Shown here piece after piece: positions 15,223-23,815 of a stretch of 25,001 nucleotides of DNA. This DNA comes from Candidatus Methanoperedens sp. (GTDB lineage: Archaea > Halobacteriota > Methanosarcinia > Methanosarcinales > Methanoperedenaceae), in assembly GCA_027460615.1 (NCBI GenBank), contig JAPZAO010000124.1, forward strand, positions 1 to 25,001. Reading direction: 5' to 3'. Under the pieces are notes generated by a model. It saw nothing but the letters and a program-made list of their open reading frames with translations. It ran no database searches and was not told the DNA's origin. How positions within the stretch are numbered: position 1 is the first letter of the stretch; every line of letters begins with the position of its first letter. The position numbers and the translations under genes are program-made.

Positions 15223-16482
15223 ATGAAGCCCGAAAAGAAAGGAAAAACTGTGAAAGCAAAGGATGAAAAAATCCAGAAAAATAAAGGAAATACCACATTG
15301 ATCATTGGAGTCGTGGCTGTAATCTTAATTGCCGGGGTAGCGTATGCTCTCCTTTCAGGCGGTGGCAATTCAACATCCACGAAAACATCTGGTAATCAAA
15401 TAAAATTCCCAAGTTTCGTATATACAAACCCCCTGACGCTTAAAGCATACACGTATGCCACCGAACATCTGGATTTGCTTGAACAAATACCGTGTTATTG
15501 CGGATGCGGCGGGCATTCGGGCCACAGGTTCCTGCGAGACTGTTTCATTCGCGATGACTGGACTTATGATGAACATGCCTCTTTCTGTGATACATGTGTC
15601 GGAGAGGCTATAAAAGTCCAGGATTACCTTGCACAGGGCAAGACGCTAACGGAAGCACGGGCGCTTATAGACCAGGAATACGGCACCAAATTCCCCGGCC
15701 AGAATACAAACACGCTTCCTGTAAGAGATGGTTATATACCCATACTCTCGCCTAAAACGGCTGGAGTACCCACGGCTGCTCCAACGCCTGCGGGAATTGA
15801 CCTTTCAAAATACAGCCTGCCTTCCAATTTCAAATCACTTGCAGACGGATTGAACCTCACGCCTGCCGGGGTTAATCGGGCTTATTTCATCAATACCAAA
15901 ATGCTCACCGGGACTGAAATGGAAGCCCAGTTTGTTAGCGGTTCAGTCCAGCCTGATTCGTTCTACGGTAAAAAGATAATCGGTATGTACAGCGCGGATT
16001 TCAGCGCTACTTCCTGGATCGAGTTGCATGACCTGGGTTATGACAGCACAAAAGATACAACGCTCCGGGCGCATGCTGAACCAGGATACGAAAACATCAT
16101 ATATACAAGACCGCTTATTTACGGGCACACCCAGAATGTGGATAATGTATTGAAATTGATAAAAGACCCGAAGAGCATGACCACATCGTATTCTACATAC
16201 AGGCCGCTGCTTGATGCAATTGATTACCAGAATGCTGCGTATGCGCTTGTAATAACTGAACCGCACAAGTTTTCTGATATTAATTATATGAGCATGACCC
16301 CTGTTTCAGGCAAGGTTGAACTTGTCAGGGCGTTCAATATAACAGACAATAAATCAATTCCCGCTGGTTTTAAGACGTATAATCCCCAAATGAAAGGCAA
16401 TATATTGATTATAAAGGAGACAGGCGCTCTGACAACAATCCAGGCAGATAACGACAATATAGACGCAGAAGCCATAACATAA
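15223..16482 (+). CDS. Membrane-anchored PCYCGC-motif protein with a large uncharacterised C-terminal domain
   Basis: Lys-rich N-terminus, one TM helix (LIIGVVAVILIAGVAYALL), then EQIPCYCGCGGHSGHRFLRDCF...FCDTCVGE. About 260 further aa carry no motif I recognise. Confidence 0.7.
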   Translation: MKPEKKGKTVKAKDEKIQKNKGNTTLIIGVVAVILIAGVAYALLSGGGNSTSTKTSGNQIKFPSFVYTNPLTLKAYTYATEHLDLLEQIPCYCGCGGHSGHRFLRDCFIRDDWTYDEHASFCDTCVGEAIKVQDYLAQGKTLTEARALIDQEYGTKFPGQNTNTLPVRDGYIPILSPKTAGVPTAAPTPAGIDLSKYSLPSNFKSLADGLNLTPAGVNRAYFINTKMLTGTEMEAQFVSGSVQPDSFYGKKIIGMYSADFSATSWIELHDLGYDSTKDTTLRAHAEPGYENIIYTRPLIYGHTQNVDNVLKLIKDPKSMTTSYSTYRPLLDAIDYQNAAYALVITEPHKFSDINYMSMTPVSGKVELVRAFNITDNKSIPAGFKTYNPQMKGNILIIKETGALTTIQADNDNIDAEAIT

Positions 16483-17208
16483 ATGCCAGCACCATCGGTA
16501 TTCCTGGTTTTCATAGCAGGCATGGCGACAGTGATAACGCCGTGCGTTCTTCCCATCCTGCCTGCAGTGCTTTCTGGTTCTGTGGGCAACCGGCTCCGCC
16601 CTGTCGCAATAGTCACGGGCATGTCCCTAACCTTCACGCTTATGGGACTGCTTGTTTCTGCGCTCACTTCTTTTTCATTTTTTGCAGAATACCTTCGCTG
16701 GTTCTCGATATTTTTCATTATCGGAATGGGTGCCGTATTATTTGATGATGATATTAACAATGCATTCGTAAATTTTTCAAGCTCTGTTGTTAACTTTGCA
16801 CGTACGCGTGTAACATTTTTCGGGAAAATCTCTTCAATCGCGCCAAGGGAAGGAATAACAGGAGGTTTCTTCCTGGGTATGTCTCTTGGAATTCTCTGGA
16901 TACCGTGCGTGGGCCCGATCCTCGGCGCGGTGTTTGCTTACGTGGCTGAGAGTACCGCAAGTACAGGCAATCTCCTGCATGGTACTTTCCTGCTGATAGC
17001 GTATTCACTTGGCGTCAGCCTGCCAATGCTCGCAATAGCATATTCGGGAAAGAGTATTTCGGGCAGGGTAAGCTGGTTTGTGAAAAGAGGACATTTCTTT
17101 AAGAAGCTCTCAGGCCTGATTTTAATACTTCTCGGATTGATGATGCTCTTCGGGATTGATAAATATCTCCAGGTAAAATTGCTCCCATATTTTCCGCCGT
17201 TAATTTGA
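16483..17208 (+). CDS. ccdA: CcdA/DsbD-family transmembrane thiol-disulfide electron transporter
   Basis: Two pseudo-symmetric motifs, VITPCVLPILPAVL and LWIPCVGPILGAV. Polytopic membrane protein. The ATG directly follows the upstream TAA. Confidence 0.85.
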   Translation: MPAPSVFLVFIAGMATVITPCVLPILPAVLSGSVGNRLRPVAIVTGMSLTFTLMGLLVSALTSFSFFAEYLRWFSIFFIIGMGAVLFDDDINNAFVNFSSSVVNFARTRVTFFGKISSIAPREGITGGFFLGMSLGILWIPCVGPILGAVFAYVAESTASTGNLLHGTFLLIAYSLGVSLPMLAIAYSGKSISGRVSWFVKRGHFFKKLSGLILILLGLMMLFGIDKYLQVKLLPYFPPLI

Positions 17209-17214
17209 GGAAAT

Positions 17215-18606
17215 ATGGATAAAAACCACAACGAAAATAACGAAAATAATGAAAAATCCGATTTGCTTGATGTCTATTTTTTCAGGAATCTTGTAAAAAA
17301 CAGGTTCTTCAGGCCTGCAGTCAATGTGATTTTCTTCATAGTGCTCTTGATAATTATTTATTTCGGGCTGTCAAGCGAACCCGACCTGCGGTTCCACGGC
17401 GGGATACCGTTTGCAACAACCATGATATGGGATATCTGGCACCCTCTGCTTGTTTTCACGCTCATCATTTTTGGAAGGCTCTGGTGTTTTGCCTGTCCCA
17501 TCGGCGCAGTCGGCGACTGGACGCAGTCTGTCTATAGTGTAAAAAAGAAATATCCTGAAAAGTACCGCAATCTCTGGATAGCGGTTATATTCTTCCTGTT
17601 CATTTTCGCGACTGAGCGGCATCTTTTCATGTTCACGAGGAACCCGCCGAACACCGCATACCTGCTTTTATTCTTCACCGGTCTTGCCGTGGCGATGGGA
17701 TTTATATACGAAAAACGAAGTTTTTGCCGTTATATCTGTCCTATCGGGCTTGTGCTCGGTTTATTCTCCATGCTCTCTGCAACAGAACTTCGCTGCAAGT
17801 CGAAAAAAACCTGCCAGGACCACGGTATCAAGGAATGCGTCATCGGAAACGTTGCAGGTAAAGCCTGCCCCGTCGGTGAATCCCCGCAGACCATGGAACG
17901 TAATAACCAGTGCATCATGTGCATGGAATGCGTCAAATCATGTTCAAAAGACAATATCCGCATAAGCCCGAGGCTTCCCGGCGCCGATGTCGTTAATATG
18001 AAAAAAACGCATCTTGACGAGGCATACCTTGTTCATGGTATTATCGTTATCTTCCTCTTTGTCCTGGGAATGGAACGGCTGCAATTCAGGAATATGATTA
18101 TCAATTTTGTTAAATCCACACTTCCTATCAATTCAATCACTTTCCTTGACCTTTACTGGAGAAATATGTGGGCAATCATAATATTTGCGGCTATAACGCT
18201 GGGTGCGGCAGGCTTGATGTATCTCTCTGCAAAAATGTCCTTTTCAGGAAAGAATACAAAACAAAAATTTATCGAGCTGTCCTACGCATTCCTCCCTCTA
18301 AGTTTATCCGTTTACCTGGCTGAAAACACATTCCGTTTATTAAAAGGGCTGTTTTTCATTGTCGGCGTCATAGGGCAACTCTTCGGTAAAGTATGGGAAT
18401 TCGCAGTAGATTTTGATGCCATTGACCATGTGCAAATAGCATTATTAAGTGCAGGTTTTATATTTACAATATGGGCAGGGTATCTTATCAGCAAAAAGGT
18501 ATCAAATAGCGAACATGAGTTGAAACAGGGCATGATAGCTTTGGGTATTGTTGCGATTATTTATCTGGGTATCGGAGTAAGGATATTGACGCTGCCAATA
18601 GTATAA
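17215..18606 (+). CDS. NapH/MauN/CcoG-like integral-membrane polyferredoxin
   Basis: GRLWCFACPIGAV and KRSFCRYICPIGLV membrane-proximal Cys motifs, a cytoplasmic-type CIMCMECVKSC plus C-x5-C-x6-C...CP ferredoxin segment, and several TM helices. Confidence 0.7.
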   Translation: MDKNHNENNENNEKSDLLDVYFFRNLVKNRFFRPAVNVIFFIVLLIIIYFGLSSEPDLRFHGGIPFATTMIWDIWHPLLVFTLIIFGRLWCFACPIGAVGDWTQSVYSVKKKYPEKYRNLWIAVIFFLFIFATERHLFMFTRNPPNTAYLLLFFTGLAVAMGFIYEKRSFCRYICPIGLVLGLFSMLSATELRCKSKKTCQDHGIKECVIGNVAGKACPVGESPQTMERNNQCIMCMECVKSCSKDNIRISPRLPGADVVNMKKTHLDEAYLVHGIIVIFLFVLGMERLQFRNMIINFVKSTLPINSITFLDLYWRNMWAIIIFAAITLGAAGLMYLSAKMSFSGKNTKQKFIELSYAFLPLSLSVYLAENTFRLLKGLFFIVGVIGQLFGKVWEFAVDFDAIDHVQIALLSAGFIFTIWAGYLISKKVSNSEHELKQGMIALGIVAIIYLGIGVRILTLPIV

Positions 18607-18741
18607 ATTTATTTTATAACTGTCTACACATATCGTAAAGTATATGTCTGCATAAGAAAATGAATTAAAACAAAAATAAGCAAAAAACACCGATTAAAAC
18701 CACATAGCTTATATCCAATTCCAGTCAATCAGGAACCAAAT

Positions 18742-19224
18742 ATGAAAACCAAGAAACTTCTGACAATACTTGTATTAATATTGATAATCTCTTTCGCTTA
18801 CGGCTCTTACAATATCGCTCTTTCAAAATTCACGCTGTCAGATAAAAATAATACATATCTCGGCGGTATCAAATTCTATCGCTCGGATTTCGGTCTTGAA
18901 AAAGGATTCCAGATAGCACAGCAGGAAAAAAAACCGGTCATGGTGTATTTTTGGGCAATATGGTGCCAGTACTGCGCAAAATTCCAGACCGATACTCTCG
19001 GTAATCCGCAGGTGAAACAAATACTGGAGAATGATTATGTTCTCGTGGCAATGGACCTTGATGTTGACAGGGATGCTGCAAGCAGGTACGGTGTCGGCTA
19101 TCCGCCTTATCTGGTTTTCATGGACCCGAACGGCAATATACTCCAGAGGGTCCCGGGAGCGGTGGGTCCAGACTACCTGCTGCCCATAGTGACACAGGTA
19201 AGAGATACGGTCAGGAGCAAATAA
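18742..19224 (+). CDS. Thioredoxin-fold membrane-anchored protein (CQYC active site), paralog of 14720-15178
   Basis: N-terminal TM helix; GGIKFY...KPVMVYFWAIWCQYCAKFQTDT. It aligns with GVKFY...KPVFVYARSESCGWCKKFEEET in the other copy. The stop lies 1 nt before the ccmF ATG. Confidence 0.75.
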   Translation: MKTKKLLTILVLILIISFAYGSYNIALSKFTLSDKNNTYLGGIKFYRSDFGLEKGFQIAQQEKKPVMVYFWAIWCQYCAKFQTDTLGNPQVKQILENDYVLVAMDLDVDRDAASRYGVGYPPYLVFMDPNGNILQRVPGAVGPDYLLPIVTQVRDTVRSK

Positions 19225-19225
19225 A

Positions 19226-21499
19226 ATGATAACTTTTGGTGATTCAATACTTTATTTAAGCATTCTCGTAAGCGTTGTTGCGCTTATCGGGCTGATATTC
19301 AAAGAAAAAAATATCGATATCCTGAACAGGTTCGTTTCGCCCTTGATATTCCTGACTGCAGGGCTTTTGACTTTCGCTTATCTCCTTATTACCTATTATT
19401 TCGTGGTGAGCGACTTTACCTACGAATACGTCTGGCAGTACTCAAGCCGCGACCTCCCGCTGATTTATAAAATAGCCGGGACATGGGCGGGTCAGCCGGG
19501 CACATACCTGCTGTGGGTATGGGTGATATTCATCTCCGCGGCATGGCTTGCACAAACAACAAAGCATGCAACAGCCCTGGCAAGAAGGACACAGATAATA
19601 ACTGTAGCTGCCGGGATATATTTTTTAGTGCTTACGCTTATCCAGACCCCATTTAAGTCCATTTATGATTTATCAGGTGTGCCCGCGGGTTTTGTACCCC
19701 CGGACGGCAGCGGTCTTAACGTGCTGCTTGTGAACTTCTGGATGACCGTCCATCCGCCTCTTATTTTCATCGGTTATGCAGCCATGACCATACCTTTTGC
19801 TACTGCCATAGTGTACCTGCTTACAAAAGATGAAGGCTGGGAAGAACTGGGCAGGCAGTGGGCGCGATTTACCTGGTTATTCCTTGGTATGGGCATAGCC
19901 GTGGGCGGCGTCTGGGCATACCTTGTATTGGGCTGGGGCGGTTTCTGGGCATGGGATCCTGTCGAGACTGCATCATTCATTCCCTGGCTTACACTCACGG
20001 GCTATCTCCATGCAACATCTCTTCACAGGAAAAATAAAACAACTTTCTCGATAGCAGCACCGATGCTTGCTGCGGTTTCGTTCATTCTGATCCTGTACGC
20101 CGCCATCGTTGTCCGAAGCGGGATTTTCAATTCAGTCCATGCCTTCGGGGAGACGTCCACAGGCACATTACTGATCATTTCTATCGTGATAGCCACAGTG
20201 GTATCCCTAGTTCTTGGCCTGCGGCGGTACTTTGAAGAGACTGAAACGGTTGAAGAAGATAAAGGGCTCTGGAACAAAACAAATGTCTTCTATATAACCC
20301 TGCTCTTATTCGTTATCCTGGCTTTCATATCTTTCTGGGGTATCACTTTCCCGGTGTTCATCCAATTGACACAGGGGCTTAAAGTGAATGTTGCCTCCGA
20401 CACCAAGAACTTTTTTAATATATGGAGCTATCCTTTCACCATCATATTACTGCTGGCGCTCGGGTTCTGTTTGAGCTATAAGGAATCCGATAAAAAAACC
20501 CACATACAAAACCTTGCTGCGGTTGCCGCGCTCTCAGTCATAGCAATGTTTCTCCGAACAGGGAATTTCTATGTTCTTGACCACACAAGCCCGTTCTATG
20601 TACGTGAACCCACCCTCTATAAACTGATAGGTTCCATCTCGCTCATTTCCATCTTCCCGTCGCTTCTTTATGCTTCATGGGCAATAGCAAACCGGCTTCG
20701 GGAATACCTGCTCATCACCAGCCTCCGCCCCAGGATAAAAGGAATCGGCATAGCAGCAGTGCACTTTGGAGTGGTATTCATAATTTTTGGCGCGATTATC
20801 AGTTCCAGTTTCACATCCTCGATGGACAATATTAATATTCCGCTTACTTCAAAAGGAGAAGTGGTCGACGTCGGCAATGGCTATGGTGTGAAGTTTATTG
20901 ACCTTTCAACGAGCAGCCTGACGGGAAACACCCAGCCCTCCCCCGGGACTCCAATTGCAGATATCCTGAGCAACCCGTCGGCTTATGAAGGGACAAGTGT
21001 AAAAATAAGCGGGGAAATAACAAATATAAGTTCACTGGAGGGGCACGGCACACTTGTGGAACTGACCGATAATTCAGGAAGCATGTGGGCCGTATTTTCA
21101 GGAAATATCACAGAAACCATCGGCTCCGGGCTGACCGTGACAGGTAATATCATGACCGGTTTTGAGCAGCCTGTTCTAAGTGCAGTCAGCGGGGATAGTC
21201 TTGATACATCGAACAGGTATAATGTCCAGAATGTTAAACTTGAAGTTTACCAGAACCAGCGGATGATTGGCAGCGGTGTAGCCGAATACCTTTCGGGAAA
21301 TGGCGGGAGCGGGACGTTCCCTATGGTTGACAGGAGCATTACGGGTACGGATGTATATGTTATTTTCCAGGGCGAGAGCGGCGGTTATATCCCCCTTACG
21401 TTGAAAATTATCCCGGCGGTTAATTTTGCATGGGCAGGCATTTTACTCTTTGCCTTGGGGATAATCCTGATAATGGGTACGAAATCCAAAACCGGATAA
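19226..21499 (+). CDS. ccmF: CcmF (System I cytochrome c heme lyase subunit) with an extra periplasmic insert
   Basis: 757 aa, polytopic. WWD signature WGGFWAWDPVETASFIPWL. The C-terminal periplasmic domain and last TM helix (NFAWAGILLFALGIILIM) resemble CcmF. Confidence 0.85.
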   Translation: MITFGDSILYLSILVSVVALIGLIFKEKNIDILNRFVSPLIFLTAGLLTFAYLLITYYFVVSDFTYEYVWQYSSRDLPLIYKIAGTWAGQPGTYLLWVWVIFISAAWLAQTTKHATALARRTQIITVAAGIYFLVLTLIQTPFKSIYDLSGVPAGFVPPDGSGLNVLLVNFWMTVHPPLIFIGYAAMTIPFATAIVYLLTKDEGWEELGRQWARFTWLFLGMGIAVGGVWAYLVLGWGGFWAWDPVETASFIPWLTLTGYLHATSLHRKNKTTFSIAAPMLAAVSFILILYAAIVVRSGIFNSVHAFGETSTGTLLIISIVIATVVSLVLGLRRYFEETETVEEDKGLWNKTNVFYITLLLFVILAFISFWGITFPVFIQLTQGLKVNVASDTKNFFNIWSYPFTIILLLALGFCLSYKESDKKTHIQNLAAVAALSVIAMFLRTGNFYVLDHTSPFYVREPTLYKLIGSISLISIFPSLLYASWAIANRLREYLLITSLRPRIKGIGIAAVHFGVVFIIFGAIISSSFTSSMDNINIPLTSKGEVVDVGNGYGVKFIDLSTSSLTGNTQPSPGTPIADILSNPSAYEGTSVKISGEITNISSLEGHGTLVELTDNSGSMWAVFSGNITETIGSGLTVTGNIMTGFEQPVLSAVSGDSLDTSNRYNVQNVKLEVYQNQRMIGSGVAEYLSGNGGSGTFPMVDRSITGTDVYVIFQGESGGYIPLTLKIIPAVNFAWAGILLFALGIILIMGTKSKTG

Positions 21500-21512
21500 A
21501 GGTTTTTGAACT

Positions 21513-21543
21513 CTTTGCGGTGAAAAAATCGCGCACCGCAAAG
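21513..21543. terminator. Hairpin between the convergent ccmF and 21596-22702 genes
   Basis: CTTTGCGGTG-N11-CACCGCAAAG, a perfect 10-bp stem. A T5 run at 21503-21507 follows the ccmF stop. Confidence 0.4.
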
Positions 21544-21595
21544 ACGTCAGGTTTTGGAAAATCAATTTATCAGATAATAAGACCCGTCCTTACAT

Positions 21596-22702
21596 TCACT
21601 CTAAATCCGATACAGTAACGAACTCCCCCAGCCTTTTTATCGCATCGTATCTCTCTTTTTTATCAATCCTGGCGCAGTCCAGTGATTCCTGCAATACCCG
21701 GATTGAATTATCATATACTTCCCTGTCCACTGGATACGGAAAACCATCCTTTCCACCATGCGTGAAACTATACTTCACAGGGTCCTGCCAGCTCGGTGCG
21801 CTCCCGTACACCAGATCCGAGATGAGAGCAAGCGCGCGTATCTTTTTCGGCCCCATGCCTCCAAGCGATACCAGTTCCTCATAGTTTTTCGGTTGCAACT
21901 CGTATGCTCTTTTCAACACCTCCATTCCCCGCTTACTTATATCGATATCCAGTACCGGGTGACGGGGAGGGAGCCCGAACCCGGTTTCAAAATCAGCCAG
22001 CATCCGCTGTTTCGAAGGTTTCAGGTATTTCCTGAGGTGTTCCGGATTGTCCTTAATAAGGTCAAGGCTTATCCTGCGGCAGGATTCACTTTCGCCTGCG
22101 GTCATATCCATGACATTCGTTTCCTTCCTGTCGCAGCAGATGCCATTTTTGGGCTCAATAAAGCCACTCATGGAATCTGAAAGCCAGTGATAGCGGCGCG
22201 CATAATCAGTATTCATGCCCTGCTGCACCACAGCCCAGTCGCCCTTTTCTGTGAAGAAAAAGCAGTGGTGATATAACTGGTAGCCGTCCTGGATGCAGGA
22301 ATTGTCCACCTTTGCAGCCATCCTGCTTGAATATTTTAATCTCTCTATCTTATCAGTGGAAAGTGAGAAAATCTCGCCATTCTTTTCAATCTCATCCGGG
22401 GCTTTTCGCGATACTGCGCCTTTTCCGCCTGCGACTGTTATGCCGTGCTCTTCAGGCGACAGCGCCATCTTGAGCGCGCCGCAGGTTGTTGTGGTTGTGC
22501 CGGATGAGTGCCAGTCAAACCCGAGCACGCATGAGAACGCCTGGAACCAGTAAGGGTCGGATATTCGCTTTAAAAACTCATCACGTCCGTACTCATAAAT
22601 GAGTGCCTCGGTTATTCCTCCCGCCAGCTTCACCATTCTCTTAAAGAGCCATGCAGGGGCTTTTCCGCCGTGGAGGGGCAGGCTTACAGTACCGGTGCGC
22701 AT
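21596..22702 (-). CDS. Conserved archaeal protein, DUF763-like
   Basis: 368 aa. The N-terminal LPLHGGKAPAWLFKRMVKLAG and FDWHSSGTTTT motifs match my recollection of DUF763. No catalytic motif recognised. Confidence 0.6.
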   Translation of the reverse strand: MRTGTVSLPLHGGKAPAWLFKRMVKLAGGITEALIYEYGRDEFLKRISDPYWFQAFSCVLGFDWHSSGTTTTTCGALKMALSPEEHGITVAGGKGAVSRKAPDEIEKNGEIFSLSTDKIERLKYSSRMAAKVDNSCIQDGYQLYHHCFFFTEKGDWAVVQQGMNTDYARRYHWLSDSMSGFIEPKNGICCDRKETNVMDMTAGESESCRRISLDLIKDNPEHLRKYLKPSKQRMLADFETGFGLPPRHPVLDIDISKRGMEVLKRAYELQPKNYEELVSLGGMGPKKIRALALISDLVYGSAPSWQDPVKYSFTHGGKDGFPYPVDREVYDNSIRVLQESLDCARIDKKERYDAIKRLGEFVTVSDLE

Positions 22703-22743
22703 GAATAGAGGTTGTCTGCCTAAATATTAAATGTAATGAAAGC

Positions 22744-23814
22744 ATGGTGAAAGTGTATGAAAAAACTTTATCAAAGTTTTATCAAAAGAAGGGGTATGCA
22801 AAGCATACCCCCATACCGCATAAAGCGAGGTGTCGCTTTATGAACGCCGCGATAAAAGCAGAGCTTATCTCAATCGGCGCAATCGATATCGACCCCTCAC
22901 TCCTTGGCAGGCTCACAATTCCCACAGCAGGTCCCGGCGCTGGCGGCAAGGCTTTTTTCTTCAGGTCTGGAAAGCACAGGGTAAGGCTTGTTGTGGATAG
23001 CGGCTCGCCACTGCGCGCCGTAAAGGACGATGGGGATATAGTAATATTAAAAGGCGGGAAAGAGCTTGTCAGGGGAACCATCGAAGAAGAACTCATCCAT
23101 TGTCCTGAACAGGCATATATCACCATGAGCGAGCGCTGCATTTATGACTGCAAGTTCTGTCCTGTGCCAAAGCTTAAGGGCAAGGTCAAATCGACAGAAG
23201 AACTGCTGGCGCTTGTTGAAGAAGCGTACAATCTCGGGAAGATGAAGGGAATCTCGATAACTTCAGGTGTGGAAGTGTCTCCTGAAAAAGAAGTTGAAAG
23301 GGCGGTGGAACTTGTCAAGGCGCTGCGGAAATATAATGTAACAATAGGCGTCTCGGTATATCCCACAAGAGATTCATCGCGCCTTTTGAAAGAGGCGGGC
23401 GCGAGTGAGATAAAATACAATGTGGAGACAATGGACAGGGAGATTTACGACAAATATTGTAAAAAGCCGCCTCTTGATTTCACGCTTGATTGCCTGAAGG
23501 ATGCAGTCAGGATATTCGGGAAAAACCACGTATTCACGAATTTCATAGTCGGGCTTGGCGAGACAGACGAAACGGTTGAGAAATACTACGAGGAACTTGC
23601 CAGAATGGGCGTTATCCCTATAATAAGAGCAGTCGGCGTGCATCCCCTGCGGTTTGGAGAACTTGAAGCTGAGCGCCCGACTGCGGAAAGGCTCCTGAAA
23701 CTTGCGAAAATGTCACGGAGGATACTTGATAAATACGGGCTTGATGCAAGCGTAGCGAAGACTATGTGCCTCCCCTGCACGGGATGCGATCTGAACCCGC
23801 ATATCGACCTTTGA
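22744..23814 (+). CDS. Radical SAM protein (BioB/LipA-like core) with a roughly 125-aa N-terminal extension and a C-terminal CX2CX2C motif
   Basis: MSERCIYDCKFCPVP (canonical CX3CX2C) at about residue 132. TIM-barrel-like core (GISITSG, NFIVGLGET). C-terminal MCLPCTGCD. Confidence 0.75.
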   Translation: MVKVYEKTLSKFYQKKGYAKHTPIPHKARCRFMNAAIKAELISIGAIDIDPSLLGRLTIPTAGPGAGGKAFFFRSGKHRVRLVVDSGSPLRAVKDDGDIVILKGGKELVRGTIEEELIHCPEQAYITMSERCIYDCKFCPVPKLKGKVKSTEELLALVEEAYNLGKMKGISITSGVEVSPEKEVERAVELVKALRKYNVTIGVSVYPTRDSSRLLKEAGASEIKYNVETMDREIYDKYCKKPPLDFTLDCLKDAVRIFGKNHVFTNFIVGLGETDETVEKYYEELARMGVIPIIRAVGVHPLRFGELEAERPTAERLLKLAKMSRRILDKYGLDASVAKTMCLPCTGCDLNPHIDL

Positions 23815-23815
23815 A

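Noticed and set aside
11089-16760. Antisense ORFs within the plus-strand genes (for example 11089-11352, 11464-11742, 12318-12653, 13432-13680, 14031-14282, 15943-16266 and the 158-aa ORF at 16284-16760)
   Set aside because: Each is fully embedded opposite a motif-supported gene. They have biased composition and no start context. The 158-aa ORF is the mirror of the hydrophobic ccdA and PCYCGC coding region.
14047-21499. Multiheme or c-type cytochromes among the redox-cluster proteins
   Set aside because: I scanned every Cys motif (CGWC, CYCGC, CDTC, CFAC, CRYIC, CIMCMEC, CQYC). None is CXXCH, so these look like maturation or redox factors rather than cytochrome substrates.
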